NCBI GenBank assembly: GCA_020536535.1
Contig: JAHLWZ010000600.1
Span: 1-51,552 of the forward strand
Reading direction: 5' to 3'
Length of the DNA: 51,552 bases
From: Pelomyxa schiedti
Taxonomy: Eukaryota > Protista > Evosea
The position numbers were made by a program, and so were the translations under genes. How positions within the stretch are numbered: position 1 is the stretch's first letter; each line of letters begins with the position of its first letter. The notes under the pieces are model-generated. The model saw only the letters and a list, made by a program, of their open reading frames with translations. It did not search any database and was not told the origin of the DNA. This document shows positions 35,373 through 48,420 of the stretch, piece after piece.

Positions 35373-38300
35373 CAACAGCAGCAGGATCAACAACAACAGA
35401 ACATGGAAAGGGAGTCATCACCCGTTTCTGAGTCTCAGGGAATTGTGGTGGTTCACTCTTTGGATCAGCAAGGGTTGGTGGTTGTGTCTCCTGAGGACCT
35501 CACCCTGGACCACAGCAGTGAGGGTGCTTTGCACACTGACTATGATGACTTGAGGGGTATTGGGCTGCACGACTTGCAACAACAGCAGCAGCGAATGGTT
35601 GATTCTGCACCAGGTGTCCCAGTCGAAATGAATGCAGTGGATATTGTGGATGTTTCGCTGTCTGGCCCCTTGACCGAGATGAGCCAGGATGCTGTTCAAG
35701 CTGAAGTTCGTGCAGACAAACCAAGGCGTATTCCTAGCATGGAAGATGTTCACAGTCTGATTAGACAAGATTCAGGGAAATATGACTCTCTGCTGGATCA
35801 CGTCGACGGTCTCATGGATCAGCAGCAGCAACCCCTTCATGAAGCCCCCAACGAGCACCCTATCTCCCAAGGCGTCATGAAACAAGAAGATAACGGTGAC
35901 CAAAACCAACAACACGATTCTCAAGAGGATGTAGTGGTTGTACAACGTCAGTCTACTCTAGTCTCCGCCCAAGATCAGCAGCAATCTGAAATACATCCTG
36001 GTAACGCAGATGCATTGCAACACCTGAGCAGTGAGCATGCAGAGGGTGAACAAATTAATGGGAATATCGCTGATCATGACCATGACCATGACCATGACCA
36101 CGACCATGTGGCCGAACAAATCAGCAATCACATGAATGAGAGTGAACATTCCGTTCTGGATCACAGCTTCGAGGTTTCCTCATCATCTTGGGATGTAGCA
36201 CCAAACGGCTTTGGATTCTTGGATAGCAGTAATGCCGTACAGCAGGCGATTGAAGCTGGAAGGTTGCATGCAAAGAGAGATCCTCCTGCTGATAACTACG
36301 CGATATTTGTGGTGGGTCCCCCAAAACCAGAAACTCACGCCTTTCTCCTAATAGACTCTTTCTCCCCATTTCCTAGTCAGATATCCCCAGAAACGTCACT
36401 GCTGAGCAGCTGAAGGAAGCTTTTTCGGCAATTGGGGCTGTATATTCTGCGGAAGTTGTCAAGAACCGCAAGACTGGAGAGGCAAAAGGCATGCAGTATT
36501 GTTTTATATCTACTACTACCTGCACACACAATACTGCTTACTATGAATGCACAACACTCGGCCTATGAAAAACCCCCGTCTCAATGTTGGGCAAGCCAAC
36601 AACTGAAACAAGGTTTTGGATTTGTCCACTTTTATACCATGGAGGATGTTTACAAAGCACTTGACTGGCAAGAAAGACCTTCCTTCCTTGATCAAACAAC
36701 AGGAAAAATGTATTATTATTACTTTTTCCCAGTATATTGACTGTGACTGTTGGATGTGCCGCTAAGTTATATGCTTTCTAAAAACCAAATAAACAGGGTT
36801 CAAGTCAAAGCTCATATTGCAGACCCAAAAAATACGATATATGTTGGGAGAATACCAAAGAATTTATCTGAGGAGGAAATCAAGCAGTATATAGAAGACA
36901 TTACCAGAGTGAGGATTAACATCACCAGTTTCTTTAGTTTGAAAACATTTCCAGATGAAATGTCATCGTTTTGAACTGCAAATCTCTCCAGATGGAAAAT
37001 CCAGAGGTTATGGGTGGGCACGATTCAAGGTTACTACTCGACATTTTCTGTGCGGCCCCTTTTGTTGATTTCCTTCCTAGAACCACGATGAAGCAGTGTT
37101 AGCCACTCGTTTCCTCATGCGGGTTCCATTTCCATCATCAAAACCAACCGCGCAACTGCCATTTCCTCCTCCCAACGAAAGAGACCAGCCTCTTCATGTC
37201 ACTTTGGCCGATCCACGACCTGTAGATCACCGTGTTCTGTGTGTTTTCACACTAAATTCTCCTATTCTCTGTTTTAACAGTACTCCAGTGCAAGTCTCAA
37301 GACCCTCTTCGTGAAGTGTGTCCACCCAGGTGTTACATCCGATCAGCTCCGCGAACTGTTTGGAGGTGAAAAAGTAGAGCGTGTGGTCATACCTGTGGAC
37401 AAAGTCCAGAAAACACCTCTGGGGTATAAATAACTGCTGCAGCAAACTCCCTTTTGTTTGTTCACATTGAATTAGGAATGCCTACGTTCACTTCAAAGAC
37501 CGAAACGATGCCGAATCCACACTGAAAGCCATGGACGGTTACATGTTGAATGGTTGAACGGTTTCCCAAACGTACAGAGAAAAAGTAACTGGAAGTTCCC
37601 AGGGCGAAAGCTTCATGTACAATGGTGCCTTCCAGCCTCAGCCATCAAGCGCCCGAAAACTGTGGTCCCTATGCCCTCCCAACAACAGCAACCTCTGGCA
37701 CTGCATGACACCTCATTTTTCCCGTATTATCACCCTGCAACTTCTCCTCCCCTCGAAGAATCAAATGGGGACATCATTTCCTCACAGCCAACGTATTTTT
37801 CTGCATTTTCCCATATCCCGCCTCCTAAATGTTTTTTTCCTCAGGTTCCCACATGGAAACTATGCAGCCCACATGCAAGTGGCACGCCCCATTCGGACTC
37901 TACAGCGCAGTGCTTCTGCAACTCGCTTGTCCACTGCACCTTATCCACCTCCACGCTACACACCTTCTCCAAATAACATGTATCTTCAGCCAATTGGCAA
38001 TTACAGCCAAGGAGTGAGTTCCCACCCACCTGAAGTAGGTGGCTCTCAATTGAATTCCTTAGAACTTCCCTCCGAGAGCACCATGCCGCAGGTATCACAG
38101 TCACAGCAACAGATTCCTCTGCAGACACTGCAACAACAGTCGTTACAACAAACCTCCCAGCCGCACCTGTCAATATCTCACGCAGGCTCTCTACAAGCGC
38201 TTGCTCAGAACCCCCAGCAAACCCCGCAACTCCAGTACCAGCAACTGCAACAACAGTTACTCCAGCAGCAACTATCCCATCTGCCCCAGCAGCCTCAAAT

Positions 38301-38970
38301 GCAACAACCTCTATCTCTCCCTCAAACGCCTATGAACCAAATATCTCCGGCTCAGGCACAGACACAGTCCCAACAACTGCATCTCATGTCACAACTTATC
38401 TCACCCTCCCACCAGCCGACTAAGCAAATTCAGCTTGTGTCACAGAAGATGCCCGCCAACCAGCACCAGCCGCGGCAGGTCAAACAAAGTTCCATGAAGG
38501 CCGATTCACACCCGCAACAACAACAGCAACAAATTCAGAAGCCCTTTGCATCCCCCAAATACAGTGTACAGCAGCAACAGCAGCAGCTACAGCAACAACA
38601 GCAACTTCAGCAGCAGCAGCAACAGTTGCAAATCCACCAATTACAGCAGCAACTGATACAGCAAATCCTGCAGTCGCCGCCACAACTCCAACTGCAGTCA
38701 CAGCACCACCCACATCAGTCCACACCAAATTCCCTCGTTGGCAACCTCTACATCAACCCCAACACCGCCCAACAGCAAGTTCCACAACAACAACAACCGC
38801 AGCAGCAGCAGCAACCACAGCAAACCGACTATATCCCTCAGATGACAGGAATGACCCCTGACCCTAGTTCACTCTACTACTCACCACCGCAGCAGTATGG
38901 AATGCCTCTGTGCACTGACCCTTCATCTTCAATGTACCCCCCAATATACCCCCAGAATTCGTCCCCGTAG
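34638..38970 (+). CDS. RNA-binding protein with three RRMs (hnRNP Q/R-like arrangement) flanked by long polyQ low-complexity regions
   Basis: RRM1 IFVSDIPRNVT..KGFGFVHF; RRM2 IYVGRIPKNL..KSRGYGWARF; RRM3 LFVKCVHPGVT..NAYVHFKDR..GRKLHVQW. CAG tracts at about 35334-35397 and 38515-38820. Confidence 0.85.
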
Positions 38971-39165
38971 TGTTCCCGGCTGGGTTTGCAATGCACCGCG
39001 ATCAGTTCCCTGTCCATAGTGTTTGGAAAAAAGCCATTTATTTTTTTCAAGTTGCGACAAAAAAGGGGCGGAGGAGGGACCTCTGCTAAGATGACTCCCC
39101 GAGCGAGGCGTTTCATTCATTATAATGGGGGAAAATAAAAAGAAAAGGTGGATACCCTCTTCACG

Positions 39166-40055
39166 ATGAGCATGTGTAAGGCAGTTAACGAGACGGCTCC
39201 CAAAAGACGCAGACTCAACAGAGACTACACACACCCTGACATCGCATCGCTACGGGGATCTCTATACACAATACGGCGTAGTCAAGTTCCCACAATATAC
39301 CACGGAGCACTCGGTTGGTCACTGGATGTGCGGTCGCAGTTCGAGGCGCTGCTGCTGCTGTTCTCCCACCCGAGATGTGGCCCCGTTCACGTTTGCGAGG
39401 CTGGTGTGAACTGTCAATTGGCGGTGAGACTGGTGTGGGAGTTCGCGTGCGAGGATGTGGTTGCGTTTGACTTGAGAGAGTAAGGACCTTCCACCCCAAC
39501 GGGGAGGTTTGGAGTATCCCCGATGACACATGGAGTTTTGACGAGATGTACGAGGATATTGATGTGTGCACATGATGGCGAGATTCCACCTCCTGCTCTT
39601 AAAACTGTTTGGCCCACCAGGGACCTTGCAATCATTTTACGTGGTGCCAACTTGTGGGGAGAGGGGTTTGTTGTAGAAGGGCCATTGTTGGGACTTTCAG
39701 GTAAATTCTAAATATGCTGGTCATCAAAAGCGAGACCCTCACAGTGGTGAACCTTTCCATCACCGGGAGGGAGCCAGGCAAGCCAGACCTACAAAGCGCA
39801 ATTACGATAGCGCCCCAACCTCAGGACTTGTGCGAATATCCCTTCTGGCCACAATTTTTCCTTAGCAGATTCATGCCGCAGGAAATTGCATTTGCCCACT
39901 TTCCTGGGTGTGAACTGTTCTGCGAAGAGCATAATGATTGTGGTTTTTTTTTGCAGCACAAAGGTACGACCGACGAAGAGGTAAGCAATTACTTGCATTG
40001 CACAGAAGTCTCACTGCAAGATAGTCATTTGGACAATTTCCCGCGAATATGGTGA
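39166..40055 (+). pseudogene. Second 'QFxAL..HPRCG' family member, with an in-frame TAA at 39481
   Basis: VRSQFEALLLLFSHPRCG..RLVWEF..DLRE*GPSTPTGRFGVSPMTHGV. The family-like FxVS motif continues in the same frame past the stop. Confidence 0.55.
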
Positions 40056-41406
40056 TGTGCAACATGTCTTTTGGTTAGTTGGCTCTTTATTCTCCCCTAA
40101 ATGAAAAGTGAATTCCTCCTTTTATTGAGGTTGATTGTGATGCACAGCAATTATTGATACTTTTTCTCTTTTGCCGAACCTTCAAACACCAGATTAATTA
40201 TCTTCTTCTACTGTAAGTTCCGACCTGATAGTATGCAAGTCAAATTTAACCAAATGAAACATTCCCTCCCAGCGGCTAGGAGAATTGACGATGTAGCTGC
40301 TCATTATCCGCTTTACTGCACGAACCGTGACTGTGATCTCAGCAGCACCATTTGCTCTAATGTTGATAAGCTGCTCTAGGTACTTCTAGACTATTCAAAG
40401 GTTTCAACCTAACCACTCCATGATGTAGAGTTGTGTACTCTGTACGGTGCTCTCTCATCTCTTTGATAGATTCTTTTTATTTACATAATCGTACGATGGT
40501 GAGTTTCAAAATAGAATCCTGCTAAACCTGACACCCCCAAACAACCACTAAAAAAAACGATCGTACCACCAACTTGGGGTTTCGGGAAAGCTCTCGACCC
40601 ATAATCCCGGTCCTGGGAAACTTTTTGTTATGAAAAACAGCCGAAACGCCTGTACCGTTGGGCACATAGGGAAGGGGGAAGTGAAGGAAAGTGTGGCGGG
40701 GAGTGGGGGCATGTGAACCCCTAACCGTGGCGACATCTCTCACTCTCGTACCCCTCTGGATCAACCCCCCTACCTTCCTGTGCCCTTCGATTAGAAAGCT
40801 CAGGTAACGAAGTCGGAGCATTTCGGAAAAGGCAAAACGAAGTTTCCTCTGGGGTCTTTTCAGTTCCTTTTTACTCCTTTTTTGTTTTGGAATAGGACTG
40901 GATGGAAACCCAAAACAGTTTTCTGAGGTTTTGCAAGAATGATGTATCTTGGAAAATAGGTTTACCCAGTTAAAATCCAGTGGTAACTCACCCAACATCC
41001 GTCAAATATTGTTTGATTGGAAATAGGAGTGTCATGTCAGACCTGCTGTTTTGCACAGGGTTCGGCTCTACACTCTGGAGTCCTGTTTTCAAATGCTGTG
41101 GTGATGGCCAGAATCTGAACTTCATTGGCAAATGAGCGGAGAGAACATAAGATTCTGACTGAGATTTGGCACTGCAACACCACCAATCCAATCAGGATTC
41201 TATGTGTTGGTGTCCTCCCTGAATTTGGCTTCCTTATAGCTGCCTAATTGTTGTGCCTTCCTTGGTCTCTTATCTGTCTAAAGCAACTGAAATGCCAAGA
41301 TTTTCCCGACAACCCTCGTGTAGCTGGCAAACAACAAAATCTTTTCTTGGAAGGTGACGGGGCTGTTTTCATTATCTGCTCAATCTGATCTAATTAATAG
41401 TGATTG

Positions 41407-44400
41407 ATGCTGTCGAAGCTCGGTACGCGACGCTGGTCCTCACACTCACACTTGCACAAACCCAACACACAAATAAATAAATAACGCGCCAACGGAAACC
41501 GCAGGAAGCTTCTTATGGGGTGGCTACACCGACGCCGCGTCGTCCTTCGCCGCGACGCCGCCACCAACAACAACCAGCGATAACAGCAGCCCCCAACAAC
41601 AATCTCAATCTCCCTCTCCACCCAATCAACAACAAAACCAGCCGTACCAACACACGAGCCCCCCACAATTGCAAACGGAGCCACAGCAAGTGCAACAACA
41701 AACACAACCGATTCAACAACAATGTACAGAAACAGCAGCCACGCCGCAATCGACGGCTGCTTCTCAGCCTCAGTCACTGCCGCAGTCCCAATCTCAATCT
41801 CAATCACTGCCTCAGACACAACCACAACCACAGCCACAATCACAATCTCAACCACAGTCGCAAGTGCAAGCACAGACACCAGTACCAACACAATCACCAT
41901 CGCAGCAGGCAGAAACAGAGGAAATGCCGGCGGTGGTGGCGACAATTGTGGGAGCTAGCACTGAGCTGGTGCCTTACGACGTGATGGCGCGGGAGATCAA
42001 CGAAGCTCTGTGCAGAGGATATCGTGTGGTAGAATGCATCGGCACACATGTCAGAACTGCGAGAGAAGAATTGGCTGCTCCATTGCCACCTTATGTCAAA
42101 GCCGAGACACTCAAGAAATTAGTTCATGTGAGCTGCAATGTTCCTTGTTTTTCCCACCAACTAAAGTGCACCATGAAATCTTGTTTTTTTTTTTGATTTT
42201 ATGTCAGATACATACTCTTGGATATAATGTGCAATGGGCTTCATTCTACGTTGTCGAGGTGTGTATGCATAAAACAATCCTCTCATTTGTGAAGCATTTC
42301 CCTAAATGATGCCTCTTGCATTTTTTTTTTATACTTCAGGCAATGTCATCTCCTAAACTATCAATCAAAAGAGCGGGATACCTTGCTGCAAATCAATGGT
42401 TTAACAGCAATGTTCCAGAGCTGATGTTAACTGTCAATATTCTCAAACGCGAGTTCACGTCACGTGATGTAAATAACATCCTTTCCGCCATCAACTGCGT
42501 TTCGTGCACTTGCACTCCGGACCTTGCCCATGAAGTGGCTGCCGATATTCAAAAGCTCATTTTCCAGTATGCATCTCCCACCTTGTGAAATACACCCTGA
42601 ATTGACATTTCTTTTTCTTTGAACCGTGCTGCAGCCGGATTCCCCAAGTGAGGAAGCGGGCGATGTTATGCATGTACAATATCTGTCTCAACTACCCGGA
42701 TGTATTGAAGTCATTGCACCCCCATCTCGCCAAGTGCGTGAATGACGAAGATGCAGGTTAAACACACTGTTGTTGCGATCCTAGCCTTATTTTATTATTA
42801 GGTGTTGCCGCGGCTGCTGTTTGCATGATTGCTGAGCTTGCCAAGCACAATCCTCGGAACTTCTTGTCTCTGACTCCCATTCTGTTCAACTTCCTGGAAA
42901 AAAACCATCCTCAGAATATCACTATCTGCAAGCTTTTAAAGCTGGTTCAATCTCTCCCAGCCAGTTTCATCAACCAATTGATATAACCTCTCTCACAAAT
43001 AGTTTGGTTTGATATCATCTCAAGACCACAGAATAGCCCGCGTAATTGCAGACCTGGTTATGCAACTACTTCAAAGAACGGAATCTGTTGCAGTTGAAAT
43101 GGAGTGTATATCAGTTTCGTTTTCAGTGTTACTGAACCCTCTTGACATTGCCAAAGACTTGCATTAAAGCCTGCCCTGAAGACACGGAGGCCATGAGACT
43201 GTGTGCTCACAAGCTCAGTGCCCATCTCTCTAATGTTGACCCCAACTGTAACTGGTCCCTTTTTTTCCCCCTTTGTTCATCTTTGATTCCCATCGTGATT
43301 ACTTTATTTCAGTGAAGTACCTTGCCCTGTCCCGTCTCCATTTGTTGACCAACGTGAACCCTGTGATAGTCGAAAAACAATTTGGGAGCATCATTGCCTG
43401 TTTAGAAGAAAGGAACGATGCTGCGATCATGAACAAGATTGCCGAAATTCTACCCGCCATTGTACTATCAATTTGAGACTCACTTTTAGTGCTTACTTCC
43501 ACCTCCTTCTCACAGTCAACACAATCTACCACTAAGAAAATTGTGGAAAGTGTTGTGGCATGTCTAGAACATCTTTCATCACCTCGTTTTATTCCCATGG
43601 CGAGCCAAACCCCTGATCTGTCGGCCACAACTACCAGTGAGCAGAGGCGATTGTGTGACTCATTGGTTTTATGTGTCATTCAAGTGGGCAAGCGTGACTC
43701 CTATGCTAACATCATTGATTTTGATTGGTTTTTGTCATTGCTTCTTCAAATCTCGCATACCAAGGTTTGTTGTTGTACTCCTAGAAACTTTCTATTCCAG
43801 TTTGAAAGTCCACCTGTAGATGTTCACACAAGGAAATATCATCTCAAAAGAAATTATTGATATCACCTTGCGTGTCAAGGCACTGCAACCCTTCTCCGTA
43901 TCTCAAATGGTTTTCTCTCTTCTACTCAGCCAGCCTGGGCACTAATTTTACACCAGGCTACTCTTCTCAAAGGCAACCCACTCTCAAGTACATTAGAAGG
44001 TGGCTTCTGTGAAGTTCTCGGCGCTGCTGCTTGGATCGTTGGTGAATTGCACAAGTGAGAAAAGAAGTAGAGATAGTGGACTTTCTTAACACACTCGTTC
44101 CAGATATTTGAAAAGAAAGGACTTGTTTGACACAATTGAAGTCTTGCTGCAACCAAGAGTAGTGGCACTTCCACCGCATATTCAATCCATCTTTCTCCAT
44201 GCTTCTCTGAAACTGTTTGTCACCTTCGTGAAAGGCTATTACCCTCCAGGTGATCCTGCTGTCCTGGCTGTGTGTCCATCATCCTGTCGTTTTTCTTTTT
44301 GGCTCAGAATGAATCAAGGAGTCTGCAGAATCAGAGCCTGCATCGTCCAGGCCTTCTGCTACAGCAGCTGAATCCAAAGATGCCCTCGAATTCATCAAAT

Positions 44401-46049
44401 CGAGATTGCCATTCTTCACCAACAGTCTTGACCTTGAAGTTCAAGAGAGAGTGTGTCCCTCGAAAATACAGACACTTCGACTTCTAACGCTCTTCCATTA
44501 CCAAACAAACAACAAACCAAAAGGCATGCTTTGTTACGGAGCTTTTACGTCTGTATGAAGAGGACACATCTGCACAGGAGCCATCCCCTGGAAGTTCAGA
44601 CATTATATCAGAGATTGCACTGCTCTTCAGTGAAGAGCTGGTCCCAGTGGCTGAAGGCGCACAGCGAAAAGTGAGCCCAGTTTCTGAAACACAAACAGTA
44701 ACGCAACAACTCCCAGTAATAATAAATAAAATAAATAAGTGCCTTTCATTACTATAAACTTGCAATTCACTGGCCCGCCACACCTTAACAGCACTTAAAA
44801 CTGAAAAGGTTCCAGTTCCAGCTGGTCTTGACCTTGATGCGCCTATCAATCCAAATTCGTCCATTAGGTTTTATTTTACCCATTCCTCCTTCGCTTCTGA
44901 TGATGAATGCCTCCAGGAAAAAGCCCCGCAAATCTCGAATGGTAACAATTGCAGAACCCCCTAACCCACAGAAACCAAAACAACAAATCAGCGTGACACC
45001 CCCAACTCCTTCACCACCTTCAACTTCACCTTTCACTCCCATCGCCACTCCCCCAACTTCGGCAGCCCAAGAACCCGAAATGAAAATAGTTGTGCAGAAG
45101 CAGATTCCCGAGTCACACCAGAAGAACTTTGGGAGCCCTCACCGGGACACAGCGCTTCAAGTGGTTTTCGCCATAAGCACCGTTGAAAACTTTCCAGATT
45201 GTCTTGTTATCACACTGCTCTTGAAGAATTTGAGTCCTTATGACTTGAGCAGATTTGAGTTCCAAATTGTTGGGGACACTTGGAAATTCATGTCCAATGA
45301 TTTGCAAAAGGTGTGTCGGTTCTTTTGATCTTAAACCAATAAAAACCTAACTCGTTGTAGTTCGAACAAGTAAAACTGCTTGTTCATCCTCAGAATAAAG
45401 TGACTTGTGATCTTCTTGTGACTCCACCGCCGTCGATCAACACTCCGAAGATGTTCAAGGGTGTGATACGCTACGCGAAGGTTTGAGCTCAACAACTTGT
45501 GTGTGAAAAACGCACGTGCGCCTTATCAGTATCCACATAGATTCTCCCCACGCACCCTTCATCGGCCGCTCTCGAGTTTGAAATTCCAGTTCCTGTGTCC
45601 GCCACAATACAATGTGCCCACATTACCAAGCCGGAGTGGCAGAAACTTGAAATAATCCCCATTATAGGTAAAAACCTTCTCACTGTCCAAATTATTTTGA
45701 GGTCTTAACATCTGGCATTAACAGATGCCAAAAAACACACTATATGCACCCAAGACCCGGAAGGTGCCATCCAGAAAATTGCTGCACGGTTTCACCTGTG
45801 CGCGGTATCCAAAGTTGGGCACAAGTTCTACGGCAAGTCATTCCAGGTAATTGTGCCACCCTAATTGCCACATTCTTATCTATCACACAGGGCTCCCAAG
45901 TTTTTATGGTGATCAAAACCATAAACCGCGGAACGGACTTTTGGCTGGTGGTGCAAATCAAATCCACGGACTCCATTCTGGCTCAATCACTAGTGGAGGA
46001 ACTAAAATCGTCCTTTGGAGGTGTCAACCCCCAGTCGTCATCATCATGA
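41407..46049 (+). CDS. AP3D1: AP-3 complex subunit delta with an N-terminal Q/S/P/T-rich extension
   Basis: LGYNVQWASFYVVE, MSSPKLSIKRAGYLAA, TPDLAHEVA, VRKRAML, AAAVCMIAELAKHNPRNFLSL, YANIIDFDWF, AAAWIVGE, DLEVQER, PVAEGAQRKVPVP.GLDLD. First intron 41423-41504. Confidence 0.92.
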
Positions 46050-47241
46050 TCGGGAATGTATCCTTATCATAGTAACAATAACCTGTTTTATCGAATGAAA
46101 TGTGTTTTAGCTAAACAAACACAATTTCCCACAGCAGGGTTGTTATTTCAAGTAAGTACTTGGCAAGTATCGTGAAATTTCGTTGCCAAGTCTGGTGAGT
46201 CGGATTGTTTCCCAAATAAAGGGAGTCAAAGGCATACTACTTGTTTATTGACCCAAGTCCTTGTTTATCTGGGTTTTACTAAACAAGCACCATCAAGTAA
46301 CTTGAAGAACAACCCTGATGATACCCTGATGATAATGTTATGTGAAACGCCTTCAAACGACGTTTGCGCCGGGAAATTAATTCTCGAAAAAAAAAAACCA
46401 AGTAAGTTGTGTCTCACTCCGGTGATAAAACCATCGATTTTGTGAGCAACAAGTGACCCAGTGACCCTCAACGTCCCCCTCCGTGCATCCGCTGTTGCCC
46501 TGCGCAACACTGATGACTGTGGTCCTTAATGATTTACGTTGTTGACCTCGCGGAATCTTCTTATTCTGCTGGGAGCTTGGGTGTCGCATCTTCAACCACG
46601 TTCACCATCCCAAATGTTCCTTCGCGTGCAGCATTATCAGAAGGCGAAAAAGCGCGGGACATCCGGGGGTCGCTTTTGTAAGCCACTGGGCCATGTTCAA
46701 TTTACCGTTTGAGCAGGCAACAATAGGTGAAGTACTAGAGCACCAGTGCCGAATGTATAGAAATATGTATTATTGGATCCATAGCAGAGGACAATTGGCA
46801 TGCCGGAAGTTGGGCGTGCGGAGAATGAAATCTTGGCATCTCTGGGCTGCATGAAGCAGGCGCCAACTGGAAGGAGGTCCAATTCACGTGGTACCCAGGT
46901 CGGGCTTCTGTACAACAAAGACGGCACAAGATACAGTGTGCATGTCAGACTTTTTTTTTGTACTCGTACTGCTTGCTTGTACACGTGATGCCGTCAAAGG
47001 GAGCTATATATACAAGTTCACGCAATGGTGTTGAAAAGCAAAAACAGCTATTCGACTCCTGGGATGAGCAAGCTAAATATGCTGTTCTGAGGATGAGGAA
47101 GCAAAGTGAAAGTGGTGAGCATGCATTCATTGTCAACAATGTGGAGGACCACAGCTATGTGGCAATTGGGAGTTTTCGGAACTCAAATCGCTCAGCACAA
47201 CGGGTACCGATTTATCGAGGATCAGTGATTCACTGTACTGC

Positions 47242-47445
47242 CTCTCTTCATCCACAGGTTCTCCTGCGAAATTTGGGATATCAACTGCACAACCAAGCCA
47301 CTCAGGGTGATACCACTGACACCATCAGGTGGTCGCTGTACCTCCCTCTCTTCATCCACAGTTTCTCCTGCGAAGTTTGGGGATATATCAACCCCGGCAC
47401 AACCAAGCCACTCAGGGTGATACCACTGACACCATCAGGTGGTTC
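47242..47445. repeat. Direct tandem duplication, period about 104 bp
   Basis: ctctcttcatccacag...cacaaccaagccactcagggtgataccactgacaccatcaggtgg occurs at 47242 and 47346. Confidence 0.92.
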
Positions 47446-47891
47446 CTTACGGAAAAGATGAATCCTCGAACGGAGATAATTCCGCTCCGGGTTCATCTTC
47501 CACTTTGCAGACAGGCAGCCGCATGTCATTTGAAGCACCCACGCACGGTGCCAGTGTTCTTGTGATTGACCTCCCCAGGTATATTTCCTGTGTCACACAT
47601 TATTACATTCACCCTGTTCTTTGTTGTTTACCCCCCCGAACGGGGATTCTGTGTGAATCAAAAACGGAGGCTCCTCCATCACAACAAAATAATTACGTTT
47701 TCCGACCCACGCAGTTGCCCCGGTTCCGAATTATTAACGGCCCTATTTTGCCTTTATAAACACAACCAACTAGACGAGGCAAAACAAAAGAAAAACAAAC
47801 CAAACAACCAAAAAAAACACGAAAAGATGAAGCAACAACACACGCCACGCAACGAGCAAGAGGCACGACGACACCGGTGGGAAGCTGTGGA

Positions 47892-48050
47892 GGTGGCGGT
47901 GGCGGTGGCGGTGGCGGTGGCGGTGGCGGTGGCGGTCACGACGACGAGGACGCGCAGCACGCCACGACTACGAGGACAAGGCGGACTCTCTGGCGCGGCG
48001 AGGCACGCAGTCGAGGGAGCGCGGCACGCAGTCGAGGGAGCGCGGCACGG
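47892..48050. repeat. (GGTGGC)n microsatellite plus a 21-bp tandem pair (ggcacgcagtcgagggagcgc) in a GC-rich island
   Basis: Read directly from the sequence. Confidence 0.9.
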
Positions 48051-48283
48051 AGCACGACGAGCAGCGGGGCCAACACCAGCAGCACGCGACACTACGACGA
48101 CGACGACTCGACACGAGGGCACGAGGGCACGGAGGGGGGGGCATGGCGGGAGCGAGGGGAAAAAAAAGTTCACCACGGCGCACTGTTGCGTGTGTAAATT
48201 TCGAAACAAATTAAATTAATTTTTTTTTTTTTATATCTATCATCTGTTCTGTTATATTTGTATCTCTATAATGTACACGTATA

Positions 48284-48420
48284 TTGTGCCATTCAACCAG
48301 TTGTTGTTTGGTTGTATTATTATCTCGTATTGTGCTCCCAGTTCCTTCCAGAATTGGGGGTTTGTGCCATTCAACAAGTCAAGTTGTTGTTTGGTTGTAT
48401 TATTATCTCGTATTGTGCTC
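48284..48420. repeat. Short direct duplication (about 55 bp unit, period about 80 bp)
   Basis: ttgtgccattcaac..agttgttgtttggttgtattattatctcgtattgtgctc occurs twice. Confidence 0.9.

Noticed and set aside
40200-41340. Minus-strand ORFs 40522-40998 and 40988-41191
   Set aside because: No recognisable domain or convincing splice model.
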